A stretch of DNA of 64,000 nucleotides from contig MU058781.1 in assembly GCA_013265495.1 (NCBI GenBank), positions 538,963 through 602,962 on the forward strand, in the 5' to 3' direction. The notes under the pieces are model-generated. The model ran no database searches. It was not told where the DNA came from and worked only from the letters and a program-made list of their open reading frames with translations. Of this stretch, positions 14,149 to 26,858 are shown piece by piece. Numbering within the stretch: position 1 is the first letter of the stretch; every line of letters starts with the position of its first letter. A program made the position numbers and the translations under genes. The stretch is from Vicugna vicugna. Lineage: Eukaryota.

Positions 14149-15874
14149 AAAAAGAATTATGAATACATTTATTAAATAGCTTACTCTATTGCCATTATAA
14201 TGACATGAACTCACAAACTAGCTCAGGATGGGGAGATGGAAGATGATGAAGATATATATATACACACATACATACATATACATGATTTTGCAATACAGGC
14301 CCTTGTACTCTGAGTATGATATGACTGTCATAGTTAGGTAGCAATTAGTTTTGCAGCGGTGTAGAAGTTGCTAAGAATGGGGTTGTCACAAAAGGGGGAG
14401 ATGAAACTTGAAATACCTAATTGACTGACAGTAAAAATTGGATACAGAGAGGAATAAGGAATGCAATTCTAGGTAAAGAAAGCAATGAGAGGAAAGTGCA
14501 AACATGGGAATTGGAAATCATGATTTCCTAGTTTACCGATGTAGCTTACTGGTGTGCTGTGGTTTCTCTGAAAGGAACAATGGGGGCTAATAGAGAGGAA
14601 GTCAGCCAAGATCAGACGCCTGGGACCTTGACTCCAGAAGGTAAAACTGAGCTTTGTTTTTTGCTTTTTTTTGTTTGTTTTGAATGAAAATGGTCGCTTT
14701 TAAAATTAAACACCCTCCAGCACTTATATGACCAGAGATAAAGTAAGAACTCCATAGTTTCATGTTGCAAAGGATTGACTAGCTGGGGTACTAGGTGCAA
14801 ATGCCAGTAGAGTTTAGCTGTGCCACATTTTTATTAGAATGGTTATTTGGGGGTTTTTGTTTGTTTGTTTTTATTCTGATTATAAAGCTCCACAGGATTT
14901 GGATCCTCTGCCACAAACCTATTCTTCCCGTAAGTTTTATTGTTTGGTGCACCATATTGCAGAACACACGGTTTTCAGTAACACATAGAATCACAGCAGA
15001 ACCTCCTATATAGCAGATATGCACAATATTCTCTTTCTAAATTTTGAAAAATTATGAATTCTGAAGTTATCTTGCTGCTATGATATCCTATATAACTTGT
15101 GCACATAAATGAGACATCTATACAAAATTTCTAGATGTCACAAAACAGGGTAGAGCAGTGAATTCATTTGATGATAAACTTGGGCCCTGACAAATTCTCA
15201 GAAGGTTTAGCAGTGAACTGCATCAAACAAGATGAGGATCAACACAGGCACACATAATGTTCTCTGTTTGAGTAAGACAGGTTAACGGAGTAGGTGTTTA
15301 GCAACAGCACGTTTAAAGGCTTTATGCCTTCAGTGAGCACAATCATAATCTACAAACTAAAAGATGCTTGATGACGTTACAGGTTCCTATCAACCCTTTT
15401 ACGCCATGTTTCTACATGGCTCTGTGAAATAAGTACTACACATGCAGAGCTTTTGTTGTTTGTTTTTGTTTTGTTTTGTGCACAACTCACCCTTTAAGAT
15501 TTAGCAGTGCTGTCACATATAAAAATATCTACATAACTAATAATTCTTTAAAATTTTAATTTCCCTAAAGAATACTCCGAAGCTTTAGAAATCATGTATT
15601 TGTTTAAAGTCTATTTAACTCCTGAGTTCTAGGGAGAGTATTTTTAACTTGTGTCATCACAGTATATGCAAACGGCAAAAGAGTGTTTAGGTACAAACTC
15701 ATCCTGACCATCTAATTTTTATCATTACTTTTTTCAGGTAAATTTAACTGAGATCAGGATTAATGTAAATAAACGTGTAAAATAAATATATAAGTGGTAT
15801 GTGAAACACCTGTTCCTGCTCTGCTTGTCCCCTCTCTCATGCTGTCAGAAGATCTCCCTATCCTCAAGTTTTGA

Positions 15875-16065
15875 CCAGTGCTTGACAAATATTAGCACAT
15901 ACCAGGATCACTGCAAGAGTTTGTTATAATTCAGACTCCTGGGACCCACCCACAAGGCGTTCTGATTTAGCATGCAGGGGGTGGAACCTGACAACTTGCA
16001 TCTAACCACCTACCGGGTGCTGCTGATATCATCAGACGGTGGGTCACATTCTGGGTATTAAAGGA
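15875..16065. mobile_element. MER5A-like hAT-Charlie MITE
   Basis: CAGACTCCTGGGACCCACCC..TTCTGATTTAG..TTGCAT.TAAC..GGTGCTGCTGAT pattern. Confidence 0.7.
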
Positions 16066-19000
16066 CTAGATCTGAGCTGTAGACATCTTCCATTCATTGT
16101 CTCATTGCTATATTTCTTCTACTTTCCATTTCAAAGGACATTTCATTATTGTGATAACCAATGATAAGGAACATAAATACATTCATGCTTTACTCATCTC
16201 AGGTAATACGTACACATCTAACAAGGGTCTTCTTGAGATGCTTTAATTCAAAGAAGTCAAATAAATGGTGGAAATCTCCTATATTGAAAAGGATGTATAA
16301 TTTGGGTACATGGGACTTTCAGTGTCTCCAGCACCAGCCACTATTAAATCCAAGTGGATCAACTGGTGAACAATAGTGTTGATTTGGCATTTTAAAAGAC
16401 TGTAAAGACGAATTCCTACTTACAGATATATCAAAGCAGTTTATGTTTATATATATAAAATGTATATTTATGTTTAAATATATACATTTTTTCCCTAACC
16501 AACTGTAGATAAGATTGCACTTTTCCAGAACCTCGTGTATCAGAATGTGGAACAGATGTCAGCCAAAGTGACAGGGTTTAGGATGATGTTTGTGAATTAA
16601 AGGGCAGATGTCAGTTTCAAGTGACATGTTCTCTGAAATCTACTGTCTCTCTTTGTTTATCCTTCAGATACAATCTCTAAAGCAACTGTTCATCTATTTA
16701 GTATTGGGTATGGTATAGAAATGCAAGCCAGATCTCAAATTTAGTCTGTCGTTTGCCTTCTTGAAAGGAGATGTGATTTATGTTTATAATAAAGTATTTG
16801 AAATGTCATTTAATAGGAAAACAAATGGCAGTAGGATTCCCATGAGCAAAAAAAAAAAAAAGTGGGGTTTGGAACTGTGAGTTAGACATTTTTATCTCAC
16901 CACACTTTAAGTTACATATTTTTATTCTAATTGTAAAAATTATCTCTCTTGATATATCTTTTCCATTATTTTTTTCAGAGAGAATTCATCAGCTGGGTTA
17001 ATGATGACACAAAATTTTAATATATGCATTAAACATTTAAGTTTTAATATGTTAACATGTCATAAGATGTGAATAATAACAATGTTTTATATATGAAGTG
17101 AAAACATATTTTATGTTAGAAATAGTTATAATGCCTGGAAAGTGACTTATATCCATAACAATTTCATTTAAATATTGCTTTTGCTCTCCATCTATCTTAG
17201 ATGCAATTTTATAGTCCTTTTAAAAAATTCATTTCAGTGTGACCTCTTTGAAGCTGCAACTTAGTGCCTCTAGCCTACATATCCAATTGCACTTGTACTT
17301 GCTCCTATTCAATTACCTTTTAACATGCAGAGAGCAGCCAGCACCCAGGACTGAACTGCATTTACCATTCTGAAATTCTCCAAGAATTACAACTTTGGTT
17401 CAGTTCCATTGCAATAAGAAGGAAAGGCTAAAAGGAACTTAGCAGGTTAATCAGATGTTAGATATCATGATGAGTCTGAGTTCTCACCTGGCCACAGAAT
17501 GGACTTCAGATACTTTATTATGAAAAAGCATGGAAATATATTCTTAAAGGAAACCTTGCAGGATCTCTATGGTTCTCGCATTGTGGGATAAAGAAAGGTG
17601 CCTGACTGAGGAACGAACAATAGTATCATTGATTAGGACCAGATACTTTCCCTTTCTTCAAAGATTTAACTTTCACATAGTTGCCCAAGACTCAGTTATT
17701 ACATCTGAAAAAACCGATGATAGTAATGTCTTCCTTTATGCAGACATGATAATAAAATGAGAAAATATATAGGTACAATGTTTAAAGATTTCAAATCATT
17801 AAAAGAATTCAGGCATTATCACTACAAGACATCTAATGTGAGCCAGATATGGGATCTGCCATGCACATTCCATACGTTAGACCTCTACCTCCAGTATTCT
17901 GATGATAACTCTAAAATTTTGGTAGAAAACTTGTCCCTTTTTGTATACTATAGACCTATCTTGGTAGAGCTCCATCAAATTCCAACTGCCACCTGTTTAT
18001 TTTGTCTTTCAACAGAGGGAAAAACAATCAAGAAGTTTATTCATGAAAACTCACACTAAAAGAGCGGTACCAGAATATATAGTTTGATTTTCATTAGATT
18101 ATAAATAACTCCACCAACTATAGAATTCCTTTGACAGGTTGCTTTGGTATTGACTATGAGCATGGCAGAAAATTTCTTCCTATTATGTCTCTGTTAACCG
18201 AGGTAGGTGAGGTCTTGGACAAATAATAGAGCGCATTCTTGAAGACACTTACAAATATGTCGAATCTCGCCAGACGCTGAAAAAAGGCAACATTGATCTT
18301 CCCCCATCAAAACTCATAATCTCTGAAAAGAAGCTGATAAACTTGATCACTAATGTTTAATGGTTGATAAGGATTATTGTATTTTCCTTCATGGGATGAT
18401 TTGAATTGTTTTAGAGAACAAGTTCTTTAGCCAATGACACAAATCCCTCATCATGGCTTTTTGGATTTCAGTGACAGGCTGTGTGAAGATCTTTGGATGA
18501 ACCATGTTCTGATGTCACTAGCAACTACCTACTTCACAGGCATGTAACACGGTCCCTCTGGTTCTTTTTTCTCATTACTCTTCTACAGCTGTGGCTGCTT
18601 TGGGCTGAGCAGTGATTGAATGGATAGATGCATGATGCTTGTTCATAGATTCATTCTGAAAGCACTAGTAATGCTCCTGGACTACATCTGGGCTAGCTTC
18701 CTCTGACTAAGAAGACAAAAGTGTTACCTATCAATATTCTCATCTCATTCAGTCATGCTCACAAGTTTACTAAATGGAGCTCTTTCTCTCTTTATAAATA
18801 TCTTATATTTTGGCATGATTTCATCACTAAATGCATCTTGAGTAATTGCACTTGAATCACTACAGAGAGGATATAGAAGAAGCCTAGCGATTATGTACAC
18901 TCCTGCTTGATTTAGTCATAAATTTGAATGTGCTCTTTGTTCATAGATGGAAAATGAAGCTATTGCACAAATGCCTTTACTGGTTTGTGTCCAACTTTTC

Positions 19001-20220
19001 TGTCTTTCTTACCTTATACTGCTGCACTCAGGGTATTATGCCTGCAGTGACAATGCATTCAAAAAAGAGGATGTGCAAAGAGCCAAGATCTGAAAAGATT
19101 CTCTTCTTCCAGATTGTTTCGTAATGCCCTGGCTAAAAAGTAATCATTGTGTTTTACAATGAAAATAAAAATGTCATTGAAATAGCTCAAAAGACTTCTT
19201 TAGAACATAAAATATCCATTAAAAGCAACAATGTACTTTAACAATTCAAGAGTTGATGAATCAAAACAGATGGGTTAAAATTTTCTTAAAATTGCACCCT
19301 GGTTTCAAAACTAAATGAAAATTAAGTTTGAGAGAACCATATTTGAGAGGCTATCAAACCAAAGTTTGACTAATAATCTAAGATATTCAACATATTCTAA
19401 AATTAGAAAGCTTGAAAATGTACAGTAACTATACTAAATTTTACATATTGAATCAGAGACACCAAGAAGCTAAAGCATGAGCATTCCCTTCCCCACCTTA
19501 CAGCAGGGGACAGTAAAATCACTTAAAATAGCATCATTTACAAGGAATGCACATAAAATTAAACTACTTTTATTGATTTAAGCTGTAAATTTTTTTCAAG
19601 CTGTAAATGTTTTTAACCATCTCAAATGGAAGAATTTCCATCTATGATTTATTAGTACTTTGTATATTTATTTGCTTCCTACCATCCGTTGCCCAGGATT
19701 TGTTTTGACACATGCAGTGACATTTCACCATATCAATGTCGGCTTTTATACAGCAGAGTATAAATCCTGTACATGTTGTGTCTGTCCCAACACATGGTAT
19801 TTTGTCAAGTCTACAACATATATATAAAGTCAAGGTTTGTTTTTTAAAAATAGATCACTTTAGTGAAACTTAGAAACTTTTAATCACACAATAAAGATTA
19901 CAAAGATTTAAATATAATATTTAATATTATATCTAATATTTAAATCTAAGGTTCATTAAAGTATCTTTTTTACTTTAATTGCTTCATTTTCATAAAAAAC
20001 TTATTTTGAATTTTATTTCATATAGAAACCATAGTTTATAATTCTAAACTTAAAAACTAAGATATTTTCTAGCCTGTGTTTTGGGATAGATTCAATGCCA
20101 AATTTATGAATATCTTCTGAATCTTCTAACTCAGATACTAGTTTTGGGCCACTACCTTTATTTAAAGTCTGAGATACTTTGTTTCAAGACACTAGCATTC
20201 TATTTTCATGGCAAAATAAA

Positions 20221-20425
20221 GAAGGCAAGGGGTATCAGGACAGAGGGGGAAAAAAAGAGAAGGAAGAAAAAGAAAAAGAAGCCGAAACAGAGGGAGATGG
20301 AGGAGGAAGTGATGATGGGGAGGAAGATACAAACAACAGGAGAGGGAGGAGGAAGAGGGAAGGAAAAAAGGAGAAAAGGAAGAAAGGAAGCAAGAGAAGA
20401 AGAAAAGGAGACAGTAGATGGAGAG
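20221..20425 (+). repeat. GA-rich low-complexity tract
   Basis: Near-pure purine run; accounts for the K/E/R-rich ORFs. Confidence 0.9.
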
Positions 20426-20919
20426 GTGTGCTTACTGTCTTTCTACTGGGAGCAGAAAAGCCCTGGGTTTAGATTCTTTTCGATATAGAAGAATTCTTTT
20501 TGTTTGCTCACGTTTTGGTGATGGTAATTGGGAAGAAGGGTGCCAGTGATCTTTGATTGTTCATTCATTCTTTTGTTATCAAATAAAATTGCAAAACAAC
20601 CCAGCTACTTTCTGATGGGTTTTCTGTCTTTATTTTTTAATATCTTGTGTTCCTGCTACATGTAGATGAAAATTAGACTAAATGTATGTTTGACTCTTAA
20701 AATGAAACAACACAGTTTAAATAAAACTGTGAACTTGTGATATTTGATGTTCTACTATTAATCAAGTAGACATTCTTTAATGTTTCTTGAGCTCCGTGGT
20801 ACTGATACCCAATTCCTGGCATGGAGCCTAATGCAGGTGAAGACTCAGTGCATCCTGTTTGGATTGAATCATTTACTTCAAGCTTTTCTCCTTAAAAGCA
20901 AACATATACTAAAAATCCA

Positions 20920-23450
20920 TGTAGGAAGAAAGATGCAGAACTGTCTATTTGTAGATGACATGATTTTACATACAGAAAATCCCAAATAACAGTCTCCCCC
21001 ACTGCCTCCTCTCACCTTCTACCTGCCCAAAAAAGAAAAAACTAGCCGAACTAATTAATGAGTTCAGCAAGGTCACAGTACACAAGATCAATATAGGAAA
21101 AAATATGTATTTCTATGTACTAGTGATCAACAAAATGTAAATGAAATGAAGAAAATACCTCACAGTAATAATAAAAAGATTCAAGTACTGAAGGATAAAT
21201 TTAACAAAAGAAGCGCAAGACTATACAACATTGATAAGAGAAATTAAAGTAGATCTAAATAAAGGATAGACATTTCATGTTCATGAAGACTTAATATTAA
21301 GATGGTAATTCTCCTGAACTTGACCTAGAGGTTCTCTGAAATCCTTAACGTCCCAATAGGCCTTTTTAGAAATTGACAAACTGATCCTAATATTGATATG
21401 GAAATGCAAAGGACTCAGAAGAGCAGAAACAATTTTGAAAAAAAAAAAGTTGGAGGATGTATACTTTCCCATTACAAAACGTATGGTACAGACTATACTA
21501 ATCAAAAATAGTCAAGCTCAGAGAACCAGAGAACGGTGGTTGCCAGGAACTGAGGGGAGGGGAAAATGGGGATTAGTGGTCAAAGGGTACAGAGTCTCAA
21601 TTATGTAAGATAAGTTGCAGAGTTCTGCTACACAGCATGGTACCTACAGCCAACAACAGTGTACTGCACACTTAAAATTTGTTAAGAAGGTGGACGTTAT
21701 TTGAAATGTTCTAACCACACAAACGATGCTAATAAAAATGATAAAGAGGGCAGGAGGAAAGTTTGAAAGGTGATGGCTTTGACAGTGGTGATGGTTTCAT
21801 GGGTATATACTTATCCTCAAACACATTGAGTTGTACACATAACATAGTTAAATATATATAACTTTTTATGTGTTAAATATAACTCAATAAATTATTAAAA
21901 ATAACATGGTAATGGCATTAGGACAGACATGTAGATAAACAGAATTGCAGAATTGAGTTCATAAATAAACCATTACATTTATGGTCAATTAATTTTCAAC
22001 AAAAGTGCCAAAGCAATCCAATGGGGGAATAGACAGTCTTAAAAAATAGTGCTGGGTGGGGTAACTGGATATCTACTTACCAAAAAAAAGGTATGCCACT
22101 ATATAAAACCATACACACAAACAATCTCAAAATGGACTGCAGACCTAGATGTAAGAGCTAAAACTATAAAAGCCTTGGAAGAATACATAAAGATAAATCT
22201 TTGTTACGTTAAGCCAGGCCAAGACATCTTAACTATATCATTAATAGTACAAGTAGTACAAGAAAAATCTGATAAATTGGACTTAATGAAAATACAAATC
22301 TTTGCACTCAGAAGTCTCCCTTTAACAAGTGAAAGGCAACAGATATGGAGAAAATATCTGCAGATCATAGATTGAAAACGAACCTGCACTCAGAATATAT
22401 ATAGAATGGTTACAACTCAATAATGAATGACAAACAACTCAATTTTAAAAGGCACAGGATATTTAAATAGACATTTTACCAAAGATGATATACAGTTACT
22501 AACAAGCATATGAAAGATGCTCAGTATCATTAGTCACAGGGCAAATACAAGTTAAACTACAATAAGATACCACCGCTGCTAGAAATACCAGACATTATCA
22601 CCCAAAGCCAGACATCATCAAACGACGGGGAGAATGAGGAGAAAGTGAGATCCCCATGCTTTCCTGGGCTACCTCTTCAGTGGTTTTTAAAAAGATAAAC
22701 ATAAACTTGTCATATGACCAAGAAATCCCACTTCCAGCAATCTATGCTTCCTAAATTAAAACATATGACCACAAAAAGACTCGTATACAAATAAATGCTT
22801 AAAGCAGCAACAGTCATAACAGTGAAAAATTTGAAACAATCAAAATGTATTTCAACTGGTGAATAAACAAATATGTGCTATATCTACATGATGGAATACT
22901 ATTCAGTAGTAGAAAAGAATGGGTTATTGATATATTTCACTATATGGCTGAATCTCGAAAACATTATCCTAGTGGGGGAGGGTATAGCTCCGTGGCAGAC
23001 TGTGTGTTCAGCATGTTCGAGTTCCTGGGTTCAATCCCCAGGACCTCCATTAGAAAATAAATTAAAATTAAATAAATAAATGAATAAGTGAATAAACAAA
23101 CAAACAAACAAATAAATAAGTACTGTCCTCCCCCAAAGCTTAATAAAAAAGAATTAAAAAAAACATTATCCTAGAAGCTGATACAGAGGAGTGCATATTT
23201 CATAATTCCATGTATATGTAATGTCCAGAGAAGGTGAACCTGTAGAGACAGAAATCTGATGGGGGGTTGTCTGAGGACAGGGATGGTAGCAGAGATTGAC
23301 TAAAAACGGTTACTAATTTTCTTTTTAGATGACAAAAATGCTTTAAAACTGGATTATGTGTTGCACAAAATTTACTAAAAAACACTGGATTATATGCTTA
23401 AAATTGGGGTAAATTTATGGTATGAAACTATATTTTAATTAAATTTTCAA
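20920..23450 (+). mobile_element. Old L1 ORF2 3' part and 3' UTR with nested L1 3' fragment (~21500-21900) and a SINE
   Basis: LF.DDMILH.ENPK reverse-transcriptase motif at ~20940-20989, plus IWKCK..R.A..ILKKK and SKW..DL.VRAKTIK L1 ORF2 remnants. Confidence 0.9.
22974..23159 (+). mobile_element. tRNA-derived SINE, camelid-type, with 15-bp TSD
   Basis: GGGGAGGGTATAGCTC head with A box, GGTTCAATCCC B box, A-rich tail; AAAACATTATCCTAG at 22958-22972 and 23160-23174. Confidence 0.88.
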
Positions 23451-24749
23451 AACACCTACTGGGAATAATATAAATCTCCATAATTACAAGATTTTACTAG
23501 ATACTCTGTACTATACTCCTTAATAAATGAGTTAAGATAATAGTTTAATTTTATAACATAGCTGTAAAAGATCTTAAATAAACACATAAATCTGTTTTTC
23601 ATATATAATTTATAAATTTTAAAAATAAAATCTATAGCTTTTTCATAAATTAAACTAAAATTTATTTACAAAAACAAATTTGTTTTTGCATGAAATAATT
23701 TATTAAACTATATCTTCCTGACTAGAAATTTAAATGAACTTGAATAAAGTAAAATTTAATCAATCTACGATACTTTGAATATAGATATATTCTTCAACTA
23801 AGTAGTTGATTATTCTAGTTGCGGCTTTTATATTTATTGAGCTAGAGGCCTCAGTTCCATGCTATATATAAAATTTGCATGGGAATCTTAGACAACATGA
23901 TTGCAATAATTTCAGATTAAATTAAATGTATTATTTAATATTTAGAAAAAAGTTTATAAAGGCTGAAATTCTGTTATGAGCATTCTTGTATTACACGAAA
24001 TAGCATATCATATACTTTAAGGTAAAAATTCAATTTAGATGCCAATACTATAACTAACAAAGAAAATGAGGCAAACATAGTTCATTTAATCCTCAGATAA
24101 AAATTAAGATGTATAATCTTTAGGAAAGCATAAACCTAGGGTTTTAGGCAAGCTCAGACTTCTAATCTCATGGTGTCTTCCAGCTTCTCTGCTCTGTCGG
24201 AATGGAACATGCAAATATCTCTGCGCTAATTTGGGAAGATTAAACATTAAATGCATGAATGGGGAGGAAAAGTTACTAATTATTCAAGACACACATTTTT
24301 TGGAAACAAAAATTAAAAGAAAGTTTCTAATTATATTCACATTTCCTTTTCACAGTCTGATATTAATAAAGTATGGAACCAATTTCTAAACCACAACAGT
24401 GGCTTGGCACATGTTTAGAAGACAGAAAAATTGGAAGTTGAATAGATATTTTCAACTCTAAACTGAAAACATCTCCCACAGTGCTATTTAGCAGAAAAAG
24501 CCTCAGTCTGTCCCAGGAGATGCGACTGGTATATGGCCTTGGCCGACACTGTGGGTGGACCTTGAGATCAAAGGTCAGCCTTTGATCTCAAAGAAAAGGA
24601 ACATCCCGGAAGAAGGTGAGATGGATAACTATGAAAAACTGCCATTTTTACCCAAAATCAGTCCTCCTATGCCATTTATTATAATCTGAAGTTGAGCTTC
24701 CACCGAGCAATTCTTGTTTCACCAGCAATTGCTGGTAGAACCCTCTAAG

Positions 24750-26449
24750 TTTTCACATTTCAGGGGTCCTTCTTTAATATTCAACCACTGGCCTGAAGGC
24801 ACAGGTAAGTTGTATGAAGAAATGTCCCATACGTCCATGGCTCCCATTTCTCCTACACTAACTTCTGTCTCCCGGCCTGCACTTACGGCCTCTCAGAGTT
24901 CCTTACAACCAACTGACAAAGGAAGAGAAAACCCGCCTTGGTTACCTGGTTCTGGCGTGATGTGCCGGCAAAGTCCAAACATGAAGGATACTAAAGCCCC
25001 TTCCTGGGACACTCTTAAAGGACAGTGGTTAAGGAAAATCCTCCCAGTGGCAGATATTTAGGCAGTATTCCTGGCCGTTTGTCTGAAAGGACAAAGAGCC
25101 TAACAAAGGCTGAACTGGCTGTAGCCCCTGCTGAGTGCCCCAGCTGCCAGTATCAGAGAACAACGGTGAGTCTCCGATCTTGCACCTTCACCTGGGGGAT
25201 CAGCCAGCCGGCTGATGGCAGCTTGGTTCCACTGAACCACCTCTGTCACGGAGGGAGCAATACTTTGTTCTTACTGGAATGAACGATGGACTATTATACA
25301 GTGCTTCTGCTGGGATCACCATGGGTGGACTGACAAGATGCCTTAGCCAACACTTCTGTGTTTCACACAGCATTGCTTCTGATTCAGGAACACACTTGAC
25401 AGCAGATGAAGTGTGGCAGTGGGCCCGGGCTCCTGAGACTCACTGATCTCATGATGTTCCCCTGGGATTCACTGATCTTAAGATGTTTATGGCACCTGCT
25501 AGGTGGCAATCCCTTGTAGGACTGGGACAGTATTCTCCAGGAGGGTATACATGGTCTAAATCAATATTCAATATTTGTACCGTTTCTCCCAGAGCCAGGA
25601 TCCACAGGTCTAGGAATCAAAATGAGAGTAGTACCACTCACTTTTTGTTTCCTTTCCCTAAAGTCTTGTGCAGTGCTGCTCTTAGTTTCAAAGGAAGAAA
25701 TGCTCCCATCAGAAGACACAACAATAAATCCGCTGAACTGAAAGTTAATTCTGCCATCCACTCTCTCTGGGATCCTTCTACTCCTGATTCAACAGGCAAA
25801 AAGCAAAACAAAACAGAACAATTGTAGTCCTGGCTAGAGTTATTAATCCTGATTACCAAGAGAAAACTGGGTTGCTACCGCACGATGGTGAGTAAGAGTA
25901 TTTCTAAAACGTAAGAGATCCCTTCAGGCTTCTCTTGGTACTACCACGCCCTGGGACTTACGTAATGAATGAACAACGTCATTCAGCCTGAAGATCTGGG
26001 TCCCTCTGTGAGGTAAAGAACTGTGACCAGCTGAGCTTCTTTCTGAAGACAAAATGAATATGGAATGGGTGGCAGGAGAAGGTGGTTATAAATAAAGGTT
26101 ATGACCACATGCCAAGTTTCAAAATGAGGAATTCCTTTTTTAAAATCATGAAAATGTTTGCTATATATTAAAATATTTGCATTTTCTTCTCCCTCATTAT
26201 CTAACATAAGTAGTATTAATAATAGTTAGCTTTGTATCATAGTGTTTAAGACACAGGAAATCAAAAGGAAAGAGTGAACATCACCTAAGGAATTTCCCTG
26301 CACACCTGAGGAAGGAGACAGCATGTTTTCAGGCTTCCGTAGGCTAGCTGAGTCATGTCAGACTGAAGCATGACATTGCTATTCCCTTATTTGGAGACTG
26401 AATGTAACTTGAGGAGATGTGTACGAATGCCAAGTTGATGAGTCATGGA
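24750..26449 (+). mobile_element. ERVL internal remnant (RNase H/integrase/dUTPase region)
   Basis: LTKAELAVAPAECPSCQYQR resembles the ERVL integrase zinc-finger CxxC region and is followed by an MLT2 LTR. Confidence 0.85.
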
Positions 26450-26858
26450 CAGTGATGGTCAGTTTTATATGCCAAGTTGGTTGGGCTATATGCCTAGTTA
26501 TTCAATCAAACACTAACCTAGGTGTTGCTGTGAAGGTACTATGCAGACGTCACCTAAGTTCACAACTAACTGATTTCAAGGAAGAGATATTACTCCAGAT
26601 GACCCGAGGAGGCTTGATTCAGAGACGGAAGGCCTTCAGAGCAGCACTGAGGCTTCCCAGAAGAAGAAAGTTTGCCTGTGGGCAGCAACTTCTGCTTGTG
26701 CCCAAGAGTTCTAGCCTGTCCTTCCAGCCTGCTTGCCCTACAGATACCAGACTTGCTCTGCCAGCCCCCACAGTTATATAAGTCAATGTCTTACAATAAA
26801 TCTCTTAATATAAATCTTCTACTGGTTCTCTTTTTCTGGTTGAACCCTGATGGACACA
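26450..26858 (+). mobile_element. MLT2 LTR, 3' LTR of the ERVL remnant
   Basis: TGATGGTCAGTTTTATATGCCAAGTTG start; CTACTGGTTCT..TTCTGG..GAACCCTGA..ACA end. Confidence 0.85.

Noticed and set aside
20144..20488. K/E/R-rich ORFs
   Set aside because: Translation of a GA-rich low-complexity tract.
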